Of a stretch of 64,000 bases of DNA, positions 30,916 through 44,412 are shown one piece after another; position 1 is the first letter of the stretch, and each line of letters starts with the position of its first letter. Source of the DNA: the human T2T-CHM13v2.0 reference genome, Homo sapiens; NCBI RefSeq assembly GCF_009914755.1, contig NC_060935.1; one strand, written 5' to 3'. Both the position numbers and the translations under genes were made by a program. A model generated the notes under the pieces. That model made no database searches and was not told where the DNA came from. It was given only the letters and a program-made list of their open reading frames with translations.

Positions 30916-31379
30916 CTCTACATCCTTTTTTTTTTTTTTTGAGGATTCTTAGGTCTTTCAAATATTCACCTTCACTTTCATCATAAGCTTTCAATGGCCT
31001 TTCCTTATGTGCTTATGGGGTCTGTGGAAACAGTTTTCTATTATTTCCAGGTGAGGTGGCAAAATCTGTCATTGCACTGAGGGATGTTAAATTCTCTGAA
31101 CCACTGACAAATGGGCCACAGAAAACTGCCCTCCAGCTGCAACTGCACACCAGCAAGTCAAATGGCTCAGTCAGGGCCAAAAGAAGGATAAATAAGCAGA
31201 GTCAACAGAAGCACTGTCAAGCCCTAAACAGGAGGATAGATCACAAGGCAGTCAGCTTGGCAGATTAGCAGTGGCAATGAAATACAAGGGCTGCAGATTT
31301 AAATCTAACCTCTGTTTTCATGCTAGAGAGCCCACAGTAGGTCCATGGCCTATTTAGTTTAGATCTAACACAGCTTAGA

Positions 31380-31641
31380 TTCTAGCACTTTGGAAGGCTG
31401 AGGCAGGAGGATCACTTGAGTCCAGGAGTTCAAGAATAGCCTGGACAACATAGTGGGACCCCATATCTACAAAAAATTAAATTATCTGGGCCTGGTGGTG
31501 CATGCCTGTGATTCTGGCAACTCGGGAGGCTGGGGCAAGAGGAGCTCTTGAGCCTGGGAAGTTGAGGCTATACTGAGCCATGATCGTAAGAATGCACTCC
31601 AGCCTGGGTGACAAAGCAAGATCCTGCCTTAACATATAAAA
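31380..31641 (+). mobile_element. AluJ, 5'-truncated by ~30 nt
   Basis: AluJ diagnostics ggaggatcacttgagtccaggagttc, caacatagtg and gagccatgatc. High divergence. Confidence 0.88.
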
Positions 31642-31760
31642 AGAGTGGGGAAACAATCACAATACTCTCATTTCCAGTAGGAGAAACTGCAAATTTGATT
31701 GAAAAGAATCTAACCCAGGTATTTCAAATCTTGGCTGAATTCTTGTGCTGGTTTTGCTGT

Positions 31761-31995
31761 TAAGTCTATAGATCTAATACACAGCATGAAGACTATAGTT
31801 AATAATATTATATTGTATACTGAAAATTTATTCAGAGAACGGATTTTAGGTGTTCTTACTACACAAAAAAGTAACTATGGAAGGTGATGGATATGTTGAT
31901 TTGCTTCGCTGTAGATCATTTTGCTTTGTATATGTTTATCAAAACATCATGTTGTTCACCTAAAATATATACATTCCTATGGAAAGAAAAAAACA
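31761..31995 (+). mobile_element. L1MA8/9-like 3' end fragment
   Basis: agatctaatacacagcatgaagactatagttaataata..gattttaggtgttctt..gtaactatggaaggtgatggatatgtt..atcaaaacatcatgttgt. Confidence 0.8.
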
Positions 31996-31999
31996 GAGC

Positions 32000-32256
32000 A
32001 AAGGAAGGAAGGAAGGAAAGAATGAAGGAAGGAAGCGAGGGAGGGAGGGAAAGAGGGAGGGACGAAGGGAGGAAGGAGGGAAGGAGGGAGGGGAGGGAAG
32101 GAGGGAGAGAGGGAGGAAGGAGGGAAGGAGGGAGGGGAGGAAAGGAGGGAGAGAGGGAGGAAGGAAGGAAGGAATAAAGTAAAAGAAAAAGAAAAGAAAA
32201 ATGAAAAAAGAAAAGGGAAAGAAAGAAAGAAAAGAGAGAGAAAAGAAAAGAAGGAA
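32000..32256. repeat. GA-rich compound repeat, (GGAA)/(GGGA)/(GAAAA)n
   Basis: About 255 bp almost purely purine on the + strand. Confidence 0.95.
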
Positions 32257-32509
32257 ATACCAATGTGAATAATTCTTTTTCCCTTTCTGGGTCTCAATTT
32301 TGTCATCTATAAAATGATCACTCTGGTCCATTTTCCATTTGGCAGAGCTCAAACAGGCTGGAAGCCGACTATGAGGATGAAGACAGCGCCTAAACTTTCT
32401 AACACTCTTTATGGGGCCTATTTCCTAGAGTTCATGCAACTCATCTTGAGTCACAATTTATATATGTTTAGGTGATCAAACTACCTTTTATTTATATTTC
32501 CAGTTTATG

Positions 32510-32682
32510 AAGCATGGTTGATATGGTATTTCACTAACCCTCACAAGAACCCTAAGGTAGGTAGGTAATAATGTCCCCATTTTACAATGAGGGCACCGAG
32601 GCTAGATATGGCCCACAAACCTTCTGTAAGCAAATAAATGCAAATGCAGGGTTAGTGCTGGAACTCACATCTTCTGACTCCT
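32510..32682 (-). mobile_element. MIR
   Basis: aaccctcacaagaaccctaaggtaggta..ccccattttacaatgagggcaccgaggct..tcttctgactcc. Confidence 0.7.
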
Positions 32683-35600
32683 TCTGTGCAGCTGAACTGT
32701 GAACTCCAGCTTGTAAAATACAATTCCTTGCTCTGTAGCCAAAACAAAACTGCATTTGGAAATCAGAATCAGAAGCTTGGTGATAGGCCGTCAAGTGTTT
32801 CACAAGTGATTAAAGGAGAATCTGGGTTCCCCATCTCTTGGGGCCTCCTATTCCTCTCTCAGATCCCTCAACACTTAGTATAAATTATCTGGCATTAGGA
32901 TAGAGATCTTTTTCATTAGTGTGTCTTTGAAAAACATTAATGTACAGGAAAGAAAAATTCCTCTTCATAGGGACAAACATAATCTTATCAGAAATGAGCA
33001 GGACAATAACAGGAAGGAGAGGATTCTGGAATGTCAAAGAGAGGAGGGGCAACAGGGAAAGAAGGCAGGCTGCAGGAAAGGCCCGGAGAGGCTTTCATCA
33101 GGGGCCGGCAGCCAGGATATTATTGTGAGCTGGAAACATGGGCAGAGCCAGGCAAGGAGGAGGGCATATTGCAAAATGGCTGCCTTGCTGCCCTTGTTGA
33201 CGTGCGCCCAAAGACTGCACATGGACAAAGACATATTTATGCAAAGTCCATTTTCCTTCCAATGACTTCCAGGGGAAGCTCACAGCCGCTAAGGTGATGA
33301 AGCCTGAAGCTAGAGAGAAAGGACCTTCAAAGACGTTGAGTCCCTCTCCATGGGATGGGATTCCATCTCCCATCCTGGACTTGAGACCCTGACAGCAGCA
33401 TCGATTCCTTCTGTCACTAATCCAGAGACAGCGCATCCCACCGCTGCCTAGACTGCCCGGAAACTCTATCCCCTCCCTCTTGCAGCCTTCACACACCCCC
33501 GGAAGGGTCCCAACCAGACTACACCTACACCTTCCCAGACCAGCACCAGCTGTTAACAAAGTGAAATGTCCCTTTTCTTTGACTGTTAGATTTCAAATGC
33601 TGCATGGTCCAAAACTGCTTTTTCATGTCTCACCTACACTCATCACACTGTTTCAGCCTATTTACTTTATTTTGTCCATAGGGTACATAGAAAGCAGCTG
33701 GCCATCTTCCTGGGCATAATAACACTTTAGACACTTGACAGAAACAATGGAGCCACAGAAAAGACCACCCAGACATAGATATCTGTCTCCGAGGAAAAGT
33801 TGGGGGCACAGCAAATATTCTCAGGACTTGGCAACATCCGCTTCTCTCATTATGCCCTATACAAAATTACAAAAATACTCAGTTCAGACATTTGATTTTG
33901 GTCTTGAATATTCTATTTAACACAGTGTACTTGTCTTTACATATAGACATGCACATCTGTTCCTAGAATTCTTGCAGAATAACTTGCTTTCCTTGCCACT
34001 TTACTTTGGCTTTAATTGTTGTCATGAATACAGCCTTCCGTACATCTTCCCATAATGTTCTTCTTAGTTTTTTAAACTCTTTAATCATTTTCTCCCCTTA
34101 GAATTTCTGAAGTTAAATGATAAAATGGATTGGGATGTCAGTCCAAAATCTCCAATGCTCCGAAAATCTCAGACACATGTTGCCTCGGAGATGGGTCTTT
34201 GGGGGCAATTAAAAGATAATGTCAATAGGGCTGGACAATGACAAGCTAATGGTCTCCTGCTGCCAAAGAAGGGGCCTTGGAGAAACTGAGATGTTATTTT
34301 CAAAGCCAGAGCCCATTATGCTGTCACAGCACCATCCTCCGATGACCTGGCTCCTATTATGCCCAGTGATTAGAACAATAAATAAAAGAGAGGCAGTAAG
34401 GAATAAGTGCAAATTTCTGCAGCTAACCAGCAAACCAATCGAGTTAAGAGTGAGGCTCCCCAGACACATTTAGCCATCAGCATGTATGTCTGAACCACTG
34501 GCTCCAGAAATGTTACCTTTTCATCTCCATGCATGGCATTTCTTGCAACTGACATTTTAGTTTTTTCTATTAACTCCTACAACCGGATTTTATTCTTGCC
34601 AGCCAACTCCTACCTAACCTTCAACACCCAACTCAGAATGCTTTTAGGAGTCTTCTCAAACCCTGTAGCCCACAGGTACCCTCCTCTAAATCCATGTATT
34701 TTCAACCTGTTGTGGTCTTTGTTGTCATCATTAACATCCTTTATAACCCCCTTTGCATAGTGGTCCCTTTCTTTACTACTGCTTAAGTTCTCAGGAACTG
34801 GTGTTGACCCAAATGGAGTGTAAATTACCAGTCAACAGAGATTATATCGCACACATATTTGTATACCCTTAAATCCCAATATATGCCCTCAACAAACACC
34901 TCTTAAGTGGTTGGACTTTTGTGAATGTTTCTGTTTAGATTAGTCATGGTTGAAAAGGTAGAGTATGTGTCAGGCCATGATGTTTATCTCCTCCAGCAGG
35001 TGAGTAGGAAGAAATTGATGTTGCCCAGAACGTAATCATCAGAATATAAACTGAGATGGAGTGAAATCACCCTTTATGGTCTGCTGGCTCACTTCTCCTT
35101 CTTGTTTGTTGCTTGTCATAGATCCTACCCCTTTCTGAAATGGCATGACTCTATAGGAGGTCCCAGGCCTGGTATCCTGGTTATTGGCTGACTGACCAAT
35201 TGCTTTCTAACTTAGTTTCAGATTTGTTTTTCTGTGAATTCAAGAAAAAGGAGTGGTATTTGCTGGCAATTTTGCTGTGCAAGTACCTTGCATTTTAACC
35301 TTCTGGGACCGTTGTCCCTTTATTTTTATATTGACTTTGTTTAGTTGGTTAATTAATTTGTGAGTTAATAGCTTTGTCAGAGTACAAAAAGATAAGCATA
35401 TATGGAAAGCTGAGATGCAGTTTGTTAGTGTATGTTCATTTTAATCTCTAAACTTTAAACCAATTCTGTTTTTCTTCTAACATTTCAAATTACTTTAAAA
35501 GTGTTAAATTATTTATCGTCAAGGAAGACGCCATCACAAGAACAGTGTTTTCTCCTCCGTCAGTGGATTAGGAATCAGAAGATCTGAGATGTATTTCTCT

Positions 35601-37035
35601 TTTACCACTGACTTATTCTATTGCGTATTTTTGGAATGTATTTGCTCATTTCTTACTTTACAAATTCTAGAGGGAACACACAATCTATTCCATGTGCTCT
35701 CTTTTGAGCACTAGATAAGGAAAGGTTTTTTTTTTTTTTTTTTGGCAGATGATTGATTAGTTTACAAGTATCCTTCTTCAACAGTAGATATACCATGGCA
35801 GGGAAGTAGAACCACTGTCCAAGGTTACCTAGAAGCCAGTGACCAAACTAGACTTCGGGCTTTCATCTTGTGAGTCACAGTGTTACAATCACTAATCCCC
35901 ATTATCAATGAGGCATGAAGTTGTGTATGTAGAACACTGTAACAGTCACCAGGGCAGCACACTCAGTTCAACATTACTTACCTTGGGTTCTATGCCAACG
36001 TCCTCAAGCATTTTAAGAAAATGGCTTAGAGCTTAAGTCGTACAATGTAAAAAGCTGATAAAAGATTGTCCCTATGTCAGTTTCAACTTTGCCCTCAAAT
36101 GCCAACAGCAAGGACACCTTCATGAGCAACTGGCCCTAGGACTTAGAGAGGCTACTAAGTGGCTGTAGGAACCATGACACTCTGACATTCCTGGCCCAAG
36201 TAGAAATATGAAAACCTAAGCATGGTGGGTTGAAACTTCATGAATGTCTCTCGACCCTGAAATGGGTTGCAGGTGTTTGTCTCAAAGACGAGAACAGATA
36301 ATGAATAAAACATGCCTGGAGCTTTGTGTTCAGAAAATGTGACAAGCTTGAATCTGATGACTTCAGGAATGAGATGAAATATGAGTTTGAGCTCATCTGC
36401 AAAGCTCTTAACGAATCCAAGATGTCGTTGCTGGTATTGCTGCTCATGGACTACAGTTTGCCCCAGGTTTATGGGAGGATAGGGGTGGAAACGAAGGGGG
36501 TGAAAAGATCTGGAAAAGAAAAGAATGAGGAGGGAAAAAGAACATGAAAGCAAGTTTTGACTGCAGATCTTTAAGGGAGAGCTCTCCCTGGAAATCTCAC
36601 TGAAGACTAAATTTGACCTTTATTTTGAGCCCATAGAAGAGAGATGAAGATAAAAATACTCTGCAGATCAATGTATTGTATAAATATACTCAGCTTTATG
36701 GACTCTGAGGTTATTGCATTTCTATATCATCACTGATTCCACTTTTGCTTTAGGTAGTAAAATAGAGACTATTCTTATCATATTTTCATCTAAAATTGCA
36801 CATTTAAGGTCAAGTTATCTCTTACCACATGAAAAGCTATACTTACACATATGGAAAGTAAGATAACTTTTTGTGACTATTCTTTTTTCCATGGGACATT
36901 ATCTTATTTCACACATGTGTTACTGCAAATCTTTTGAAGAGAGAGATGGATTGACACTAAGATTTTAAATTCTGTCTTGGATTGTCACACTTAGTAAATT
37001 TCTGTGGAAATTCCAATTGTTGGTTTAGGAAAATT

Positions 37036-37051
37036 CCAGCAGGTGGAGCTG
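37036..37051 (+). promoter_or_regulatory. CTCF motif (predicted)
   Basis: CCAGCAGGTGGAGCTG versus consensus CCASYAGRKGGCRS. Confidence 0.5.
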
Positions 37052-37299
37052 TAACAGCGCTCAATTTCAACAGAGTTCTCTGTTATTGGCAAGATGGTCT
37101 GGAGCCAATATGGACTCCAAGCTTCTGTTTGTGAACTCTGTACTCTCAGTGAAGGGCTCTCTCTATCTGAACTCTTGCTATATTCAAGAAAAGCTGGTAA
37201 TTTTGGACCCTAACTCAATCCTTGATATTTTGGGGTCTCCGGAGAATCACATAGTTGAGGTACTAGTTAGCACTCTCACTGGAAAAAGCAATTTGATAA

Positions 37300-37315
37300 C
37301 GGCCCCCTAGTGGTC
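37300..37315 (-). promoter_or_regulatory. CTCF motif (predicted, strong core)
   Basis: GCCCCCTAGTGG at 37302-37313 reads CCACTAGGGGGC on the minus strand. Confidence 0.6.
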
Positions 37316-37524
37316 TAAACTGGTACATGTGGCTTTGTAAATGCCAACCCACCCATTCATTAGACCTCTGAGGGCACAGAGATGTTTTCAATCATTGGCT
37401 CTGTCGTTTTGACTTTTCTCGCCAAAAGCTTAAGGGAAGAAAAAGTGTGTGATACATAAATACAAAACATGCAACAGTCAGTGGGACAACTCCAAGTGCC
37501 ACTATTTATTAATTTTATAATATT

Positions 37525-37715
37525 AGGAAGTTCGCTTTTCCCTGAGCCTCAGTTTTTTAAATTTCCCAAACCAAAATGAAAACAACATCTACTGCAAAGG
37601 ATTGTTGTAATGGGGAGCAAACGACATGATACACATGAGAGAATATGTGATACACTTGAGAATGTTTGATAGAACATATTGTGCATACCAGGTTGTTTTT
37701 TATTATTAATAGTAG
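37525..37715 (+). mobile_element. MIR fragment
   Basis: cctgagcctcagtttt..aaaatgaaaacaacatctactgcaaaggattgttgt. Confidence 0.5.
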
Positions 37716-38352
37716 TACTGTTGATTTTATCAGGATGAAGAATGATCTCAGGGCTTCTATGTAGAGCTCATCTCAATGGATCAAACTATAAGGAGACAGA
37801 CCTCCCCTCTGTGCTCAAATTATAAAGTCCATTCCATTCTGTACATATGGGTCTATCAGCCTGCAAGTTCATTACAGATTTTTCTCATCAGTCTTGCCAA
37901 ACTCCTTAAGGTCAGGGACCATAAGATTTTTGTTTCTTTTACCAAAGCATTTGGCATGATGTTTGGTTCATTGTGGTTATCCCACAATGTCTGTGGACTA
38001 AGTATCACTGAGTAAAGTACAACATTACATTTGTAAAGGGAACTCTCTCATTCCACTTATTTATTCCTACCTAGGAGTAAACAAACCAGAGAAGAGAGTA
38101 ATATGCAGGCACTTTGGGGGAAGTTGGCATCGCAGTAATTCTGGTATACTGTTCTAACTCAGTACAAACCAATTAAGACACTTAATGAGAACAAAATATG
38201 CTCAAGGTAGTAGTATATGCTGTGGGAGATTAAAATTATTGCATAAAATTATTGCATAATTAAGACGGATTGCATAACAGCTCTCCGTCTCCATCAAGAA
38301 TTTTAAGGACTGAAATTAGAAATGTTTCAGAGAGAGAATTAAGAATATAAAA

Positions 38353-38765
38353 TGTGTGACAAAGCTAACCATCAACCAAAATTCAAGCTTCCACCTCCGT
38401 AATTAAGGATTGCCCTTGGAAGGAGCCCTTTAGCCAGGGGCTCCATTTCCCATCACCCTTGCAAGTGAGGCCATGTGACTAGTTCTGTTCCAATGCAAAA
38501 TGAGAAAAATGTTTGTCATTTTGAGGCTAAGATAGGATGGCTTCTCTGGTCTTTTGGATGCATACAGAAGACTCCAAGGCCTTGGGACTATTTATAGAGA
38601 GCATGACGGAAGAAGCCTGGGTTCCTGAACCATCACGTGGAGGAAAAACACCTAATGGCTGGAAATCTGCAATGGACTATGTCACGAACAAGAAATAAGT
38701 TTCTGTTGGGTTAAGTCACTCAAATTTTGGAATTTGTTAGAGTAGCTAGCATCATCCTCACGTAA
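38353..38765 (+). mobile_element. MLT1J/I-like MaLR solo LTR
   Basis: ggccatgtgactagttctg..caatg, ggaagaagcctgggttcctgaaccatcacgtggagga, and aagaaataagtttctgttgggttaagtcact..tttgttagagtagctagc. Confidence 0.7.
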
Positions 38766-38890
38766 GATGGAAGAAGGCACCACATGATTTTCAAATGAAA
38801 TGAGAAAACATAAAATACATTTAACTCAGAAGATGGAAAAATCACTGCATGGCAAAGTAGCCAAAAGCTTTCTTCAAGAGATGAAGCTGC

Positions 38891-39233
<343 letters not shown>

Positions 39234-41749
39234 TTATGGAAGGAACTACATGAGCAATGATACCAGTGTAGGGAGATTGAAAACATATTGAGGAGACAGT
39301 GAGTGGAGAAGTTGTACTGGAAAACAAAGGCCATCTTAGCTCCAACAACTGTCACTAAGCACATTATTACCCATTTAAGTCTTTACCTTGACTGTTGTCT
39401 TTAAGTTATTATGGACCATAAGATCCAATTCAGTCAGGTCTCTTATTACCAACAATCAGATATTTAATTCTCCCTGCAAAGCCAGCTTTGGATCCAAGAG
39501 GGGCAGATTTTGCCAGCTGCATAGAAATACGAAGCACTTGTTTCAATTGTATTTTTCATTTGTAATTTCTGCTATTATAGATGCTACAATCAGACATAAG
39601 TATGAAGACTCAGAATTACTTAGTGATGCCAGAATGTAGCAGGCACATTCTGTTTTTTAGCTTCTCTTACAGTTGGCATCAAGAGTTGGTGGATTTTTAT
39701 AGCTATTTGTGTAGATGTCTTACCACTCATCTGTAAGGACAGAAATGATTTATTACTTGTCTTTGTATTCCCCTTTAACTAAAACCAAAATCTGCCTTGA
39801 ATAGAGACATAGACTTATAGGTTAGAACAGCATAGGATGACAGAACTCATATAATTCAGCATCCTGATTTTGTACTAGGATCATTAATGTTCCTTGTTGA
39901 GAACCAAATATTCTTAAGTGATACATCCAATTAAAGATAGCAGTAAATCCATGAACAAAATCCTACAAAGTGTTAAATTAGTTAGCTTTTTTTTACTGTA
40001 AAAGACAAAGTAGCTTAAGAAAAGAAAAAAAAGGCAATGAATAATGAGGATACTAAAATTTCTCCTAAAACCCAGGGAGATAAGTAAGGCTAGGCTTCAA
40101 GAACAAGTGAATTTAAGTAAATTATCTGAGTTTTTCTCTTTATCCACTGTCTTTACTATCTGCTTATCTACTTTACTCTCTGTTTTACACAGAATAGTCT
40201 TCTCCAGTTCCTTGTACACGTGATGAGAAATGGCTCTTGCCAAGAGATCTCAGTTTATATCTCAAAGAGAATAGATTATTCTGAGTTGGAATATCTTAGT
40301 CTCTATTCCAAACACAAGGGTAAGAATGTAATTGAGGCAATGAAATTTTACCAGACATGTGACTGATAGGCTCATTGTCTGGAGTGAACCTGGGAAATGC
40401 ATGGAAGCGAGGGATAGACAATTCCAAGAAATTGTGAAGCCTGTTAGACAAACATGTGCTAAGGGACTTACGCAAGGAAACACACAACTCGTTAATGCAG
40501 AAAAGAGCAGAATACCAAGAGGTCAAGTAGCTACGTAACAAGTAGTTAATGGAAGAGAAAGGACTAGAGCCAATTTCTTAATCCAGTACTGGTAGCTTTT
40601 TATTAAATGTTTCCTTCTCATCATTTCAGTCCTCAAGGGAGAGTGTTAGCCCTTGAAACCATTCTAGACAGGAATCTGCCTCAAATGTCCAACTCTTGCC
40701 ATATATTTTCCCCTGAGATTCTAAATACCAAACTCCAGGGTCATTTTAGTCAGTGATCTGTTCCTAGGCACTGTTCTGTTCCTTTCTGTTTCATGTAGAC
40801 GCTGTGCATGCTGCTTAACACAGATGGTCTTCTGTCAAAATGATTGCTTGCTAGAGTTGTCAAAACAGATGCCAAATTGTAAAATTTGGTATGGATGATG
40901 CTTTGGAAGGAGAAAGACATATTCATCACTGGGTTGAATTCACACCTCCTGAATTTGCTTTAAGAAAATGAATTCCCAGTGTTGGTCATAGTTTATCATC
41001 TTCTGAAGTTCAGATTTGCCAGGTCAGTTGAAAAGTAGATGAAACAGCAAAGACTTAATTAGCAAAGCTGACATTTCTGGCTCAGCTTCAATCATGGTGA
41101 GTGACACCTTAAAGGTTCTGAACCAAAAGCTTAGATTGTTACTTTATACTTTATCTTCTCAAGAGAATTGATTAATTGAATGCAGTCTATTGAGTTCCAT
41201 CTAACTGATGTATCTAAATGACAATGAACTCACCCCTGAAGAACTAAAGGCCAGGATTTTTCATGGTGTTGCTGTTGTCAGTTTTGTCCCAGAAGACAGC
41301 TGCTCCCTGAAGCTGCTCTTCTACAACCCCCAAAAGGGAGATTCACTATTAACTAGTAGCATAAAAACATGTCTGCCTCTCCAAAATCCAATTGCCTCAC
41401 ATGGCTGGAATTTGATCTGTTGCCGGTAGGTTTACTTTGATGTCAAAAGTAACATCTCTGCTGACTAGATTTCTTGATTAAATATAGTCTGTTAATATTA
41501 AATGGAATGAATCAGAGACAATATCTTATGCCTATCTAATTTAGAGGCTATGAACACTCTATTAATTAGCCAGCTTCTCTTTGGGATGGATATTTTGGTT
41601 CATGAGTTTTTAAAAAATATTAATTGCTAGTCACCAAGTCTTTTTGAATCTATAACTTGGCTAATGCAGTTACATATAAGAAGACAGACTGAGAATTAAT
41701 GTTATCAATATTTTGCAGTTTGAAGATTGATATATTCTCTTTTAAATGG

Positions 41750-41891
41750 ACTCTTTTTAAAGAAAAATATCCTTTCATGTTTATAAAATATGTTCATTTT
41801 TGAAAAATACAGAAAACTATGAAAATTAAGTCACCTATAATCTTCAAGCCAAGGAATAACTACTAATATTTTGAGTATTATTATTTCAATC

Positions 41892-41923
<32 letters not shown>

Positions 41924-42830
41924 ATGTGTAGACATTTTCTTTCTTCTCTTTTTCTTGCACATATGAAAAAGGATTTTGAATAAGATAGCTAGAGGTGGTG
42001 AATACTGGCAAAAAACAAATGCTTGTTTGTCTGGAGATAATTTATTCTTAAAAAAGGCTATGAAACCTAAAACTATCACAAGCAATGCAATGCCACCCCT
42101 TTAAAATGAGCCAGGTATAATATCCAGAAATACATGAGCCAGATATTCCTCCAGGGTGAAGCAGGACCATCAGTGAGAGAGGAAAGAGATTCAAAGACCA
42201 AGGGATTCTCAAATGTGAAGGAAAATCTCATTGCCCTCTGCAGTGAACACAGTATAATTTGAAAGATGAACTTCATAGGAAAGAAACAAATGGTTTGAAT
42301 CTTGTTGTGAGCCCTAGGAGCATGTGGCTTGCCTAAAAGTAAGTAAGTTAGTTTGTTCATTTTTTTCTGACAACCAGTATAGGCCCAAAATTGGACTTTC
42401 AGCTGTTATTAACATAGAAAAGAAATGTGTCATACACTTTCTAAAATTAGAATTATATTCCAAAAGCATTTCTACTTTTACAAAACTTAAAATTGTATAG
42501 TATTGTTACATTATTAAATATTTTTGAAATATAATTCTTTTTGAGGATTCCATAATATTCCAACAAGTGATGCACCATTGTTTATTTAACTGATTCTTTT
42601 ATGTTGGTTTCTATGTCAACATTTGCTTTTAATTATAAATAAATTTGCAAAAGATGCCAATCTTTGAGTGTAGTCTTGACTGTCTTTTTTACAACAACTT
42701 CTTATAGGAGGAATTTGGAGGTCAAAGGTTAAGGCCATGTTTTTAAATTTTTAATAAATATTATTAAATTCCTTTCCAGAACAGTATAAACATTCCCATT
42801 TTCTTCACTCTTACATATTTGTTAGTCTGA
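41750..42830 (-). mobile_element. Scattered very old L1M (L1MC/L1ME) 3' fragments
   Basis: aaaatacagaaaactatgaaa..cacctataatc..ataactactaatattttgagtatt (41800-41880) and cataatattcca..ttatttaac..ggtcaaagg..ctttccagaa (42550-42790). Unique sequence probably lies between them. Confidence 0.45.
41892..41919. repeat. (GT)14 microsatellite
   Basis: Perfect GT run. Confidence 0.95.
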
Positions 42831-42939
42831 AAAGTGACTGAGTTAGATAACTGAAAAGGTATCTGCATGGCCACTGGGTTAGATTTTTAAAATTAGAAAC
42901 ATACCAAAATTAACAATGTACCTTAGCTCTAATAATTTT

Positions 42940-43238
<299 letters not shown>

Positions 43239-43992
43239 TGCTCTAATAATTTTAGAAGTGCAGCAGCCTGTTGAAAGTTCATATGATTATCTGAAGGAGA
43301 AGGAAGCAGAAGCAGAGATAATGATACACATTACCCCAGCAATTGTGATTTCTACTCACAGTCAGGAATTCCCTATCTATGAATATATTTATGCAAACAC
43401 AGGGTCATGTGGTGTCATCAAAGCTCTCACTTCTGGGGTCCACACGGGGTCCTCCAGCGGATTCCGTCAGCGTTTGCTTGTAGTCTTCATGCATGATGAC
43501 CTCAGAGTCCAGTGCTTTATGTTTGCACTGCATCTCTACCCAGGCAAGCTCATTACCATTCAAAATCCCTTTGTGTTACTTCGGGAAAAACAGATTAGAA
43601 TTCAAAAGTCTCTGGTTGTTCATTGACTGTTAACATACATAACCATATAGATATAATAATACTTCAGAGAGTGCTGAAAGTATAATTTGGAATAAGTAAA
43701 TAAAACAAACAAAAAGACTTTAGACTTGAGCGAAATGCTTGCTTGCATGTAGAAAGGGTTATTTATTAAACTGGCTCCCCAAACAGAGCAAAGGAAATCC
43801 TACTGCTTGGGACAATTGAAACTAGATTGAAAGAACAATTCCCTATTGTCAGAGGCTGAGACTTGGGTGACAAATACTGTATTTCTTTCTCCCTCTTCAC
43901 AAAAGGAAGTACTCAAAAGAAACTAAGAAGTCTGCTTCTCATTTTGAACCCCAAAGTTGCCTTAAAGTGTACACAGCCTGCTGTTGTAAGAT

Positions 43993-43993
<1 letters not shown>

Positions 43994-44029
<36 letters not shown>
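43994..44029. repeat. (CA)n microsatellite
   Basis: AC run with one interruption. Confidence 0.95.
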
Positions 44030-44033
<4 letters not shown>

Positions 44034-44121
44034 GTCACACAGTCAGGACAAAGTGACAAATAGCTTCACACACTAACAGATCCAGTACTTGCACTAGCTC
44101 CTTAAAAGATCCTCTCTTTTA

Positions 44122-44412
<291 letters not shown>

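Noticed and set aside
31884-32352. Cluster of overlapping 67-130 aa ORFs
   Set aside because: Products of the stop-poor GA/TC low-complexity tract.
36155-36553. Overlapping ORFs, including the protein-looking CDKLESDDFRNEMKYEFELICKALNESK
   Set aside because: No family I recognise, only weak splice signals, and no companion exons in the window.
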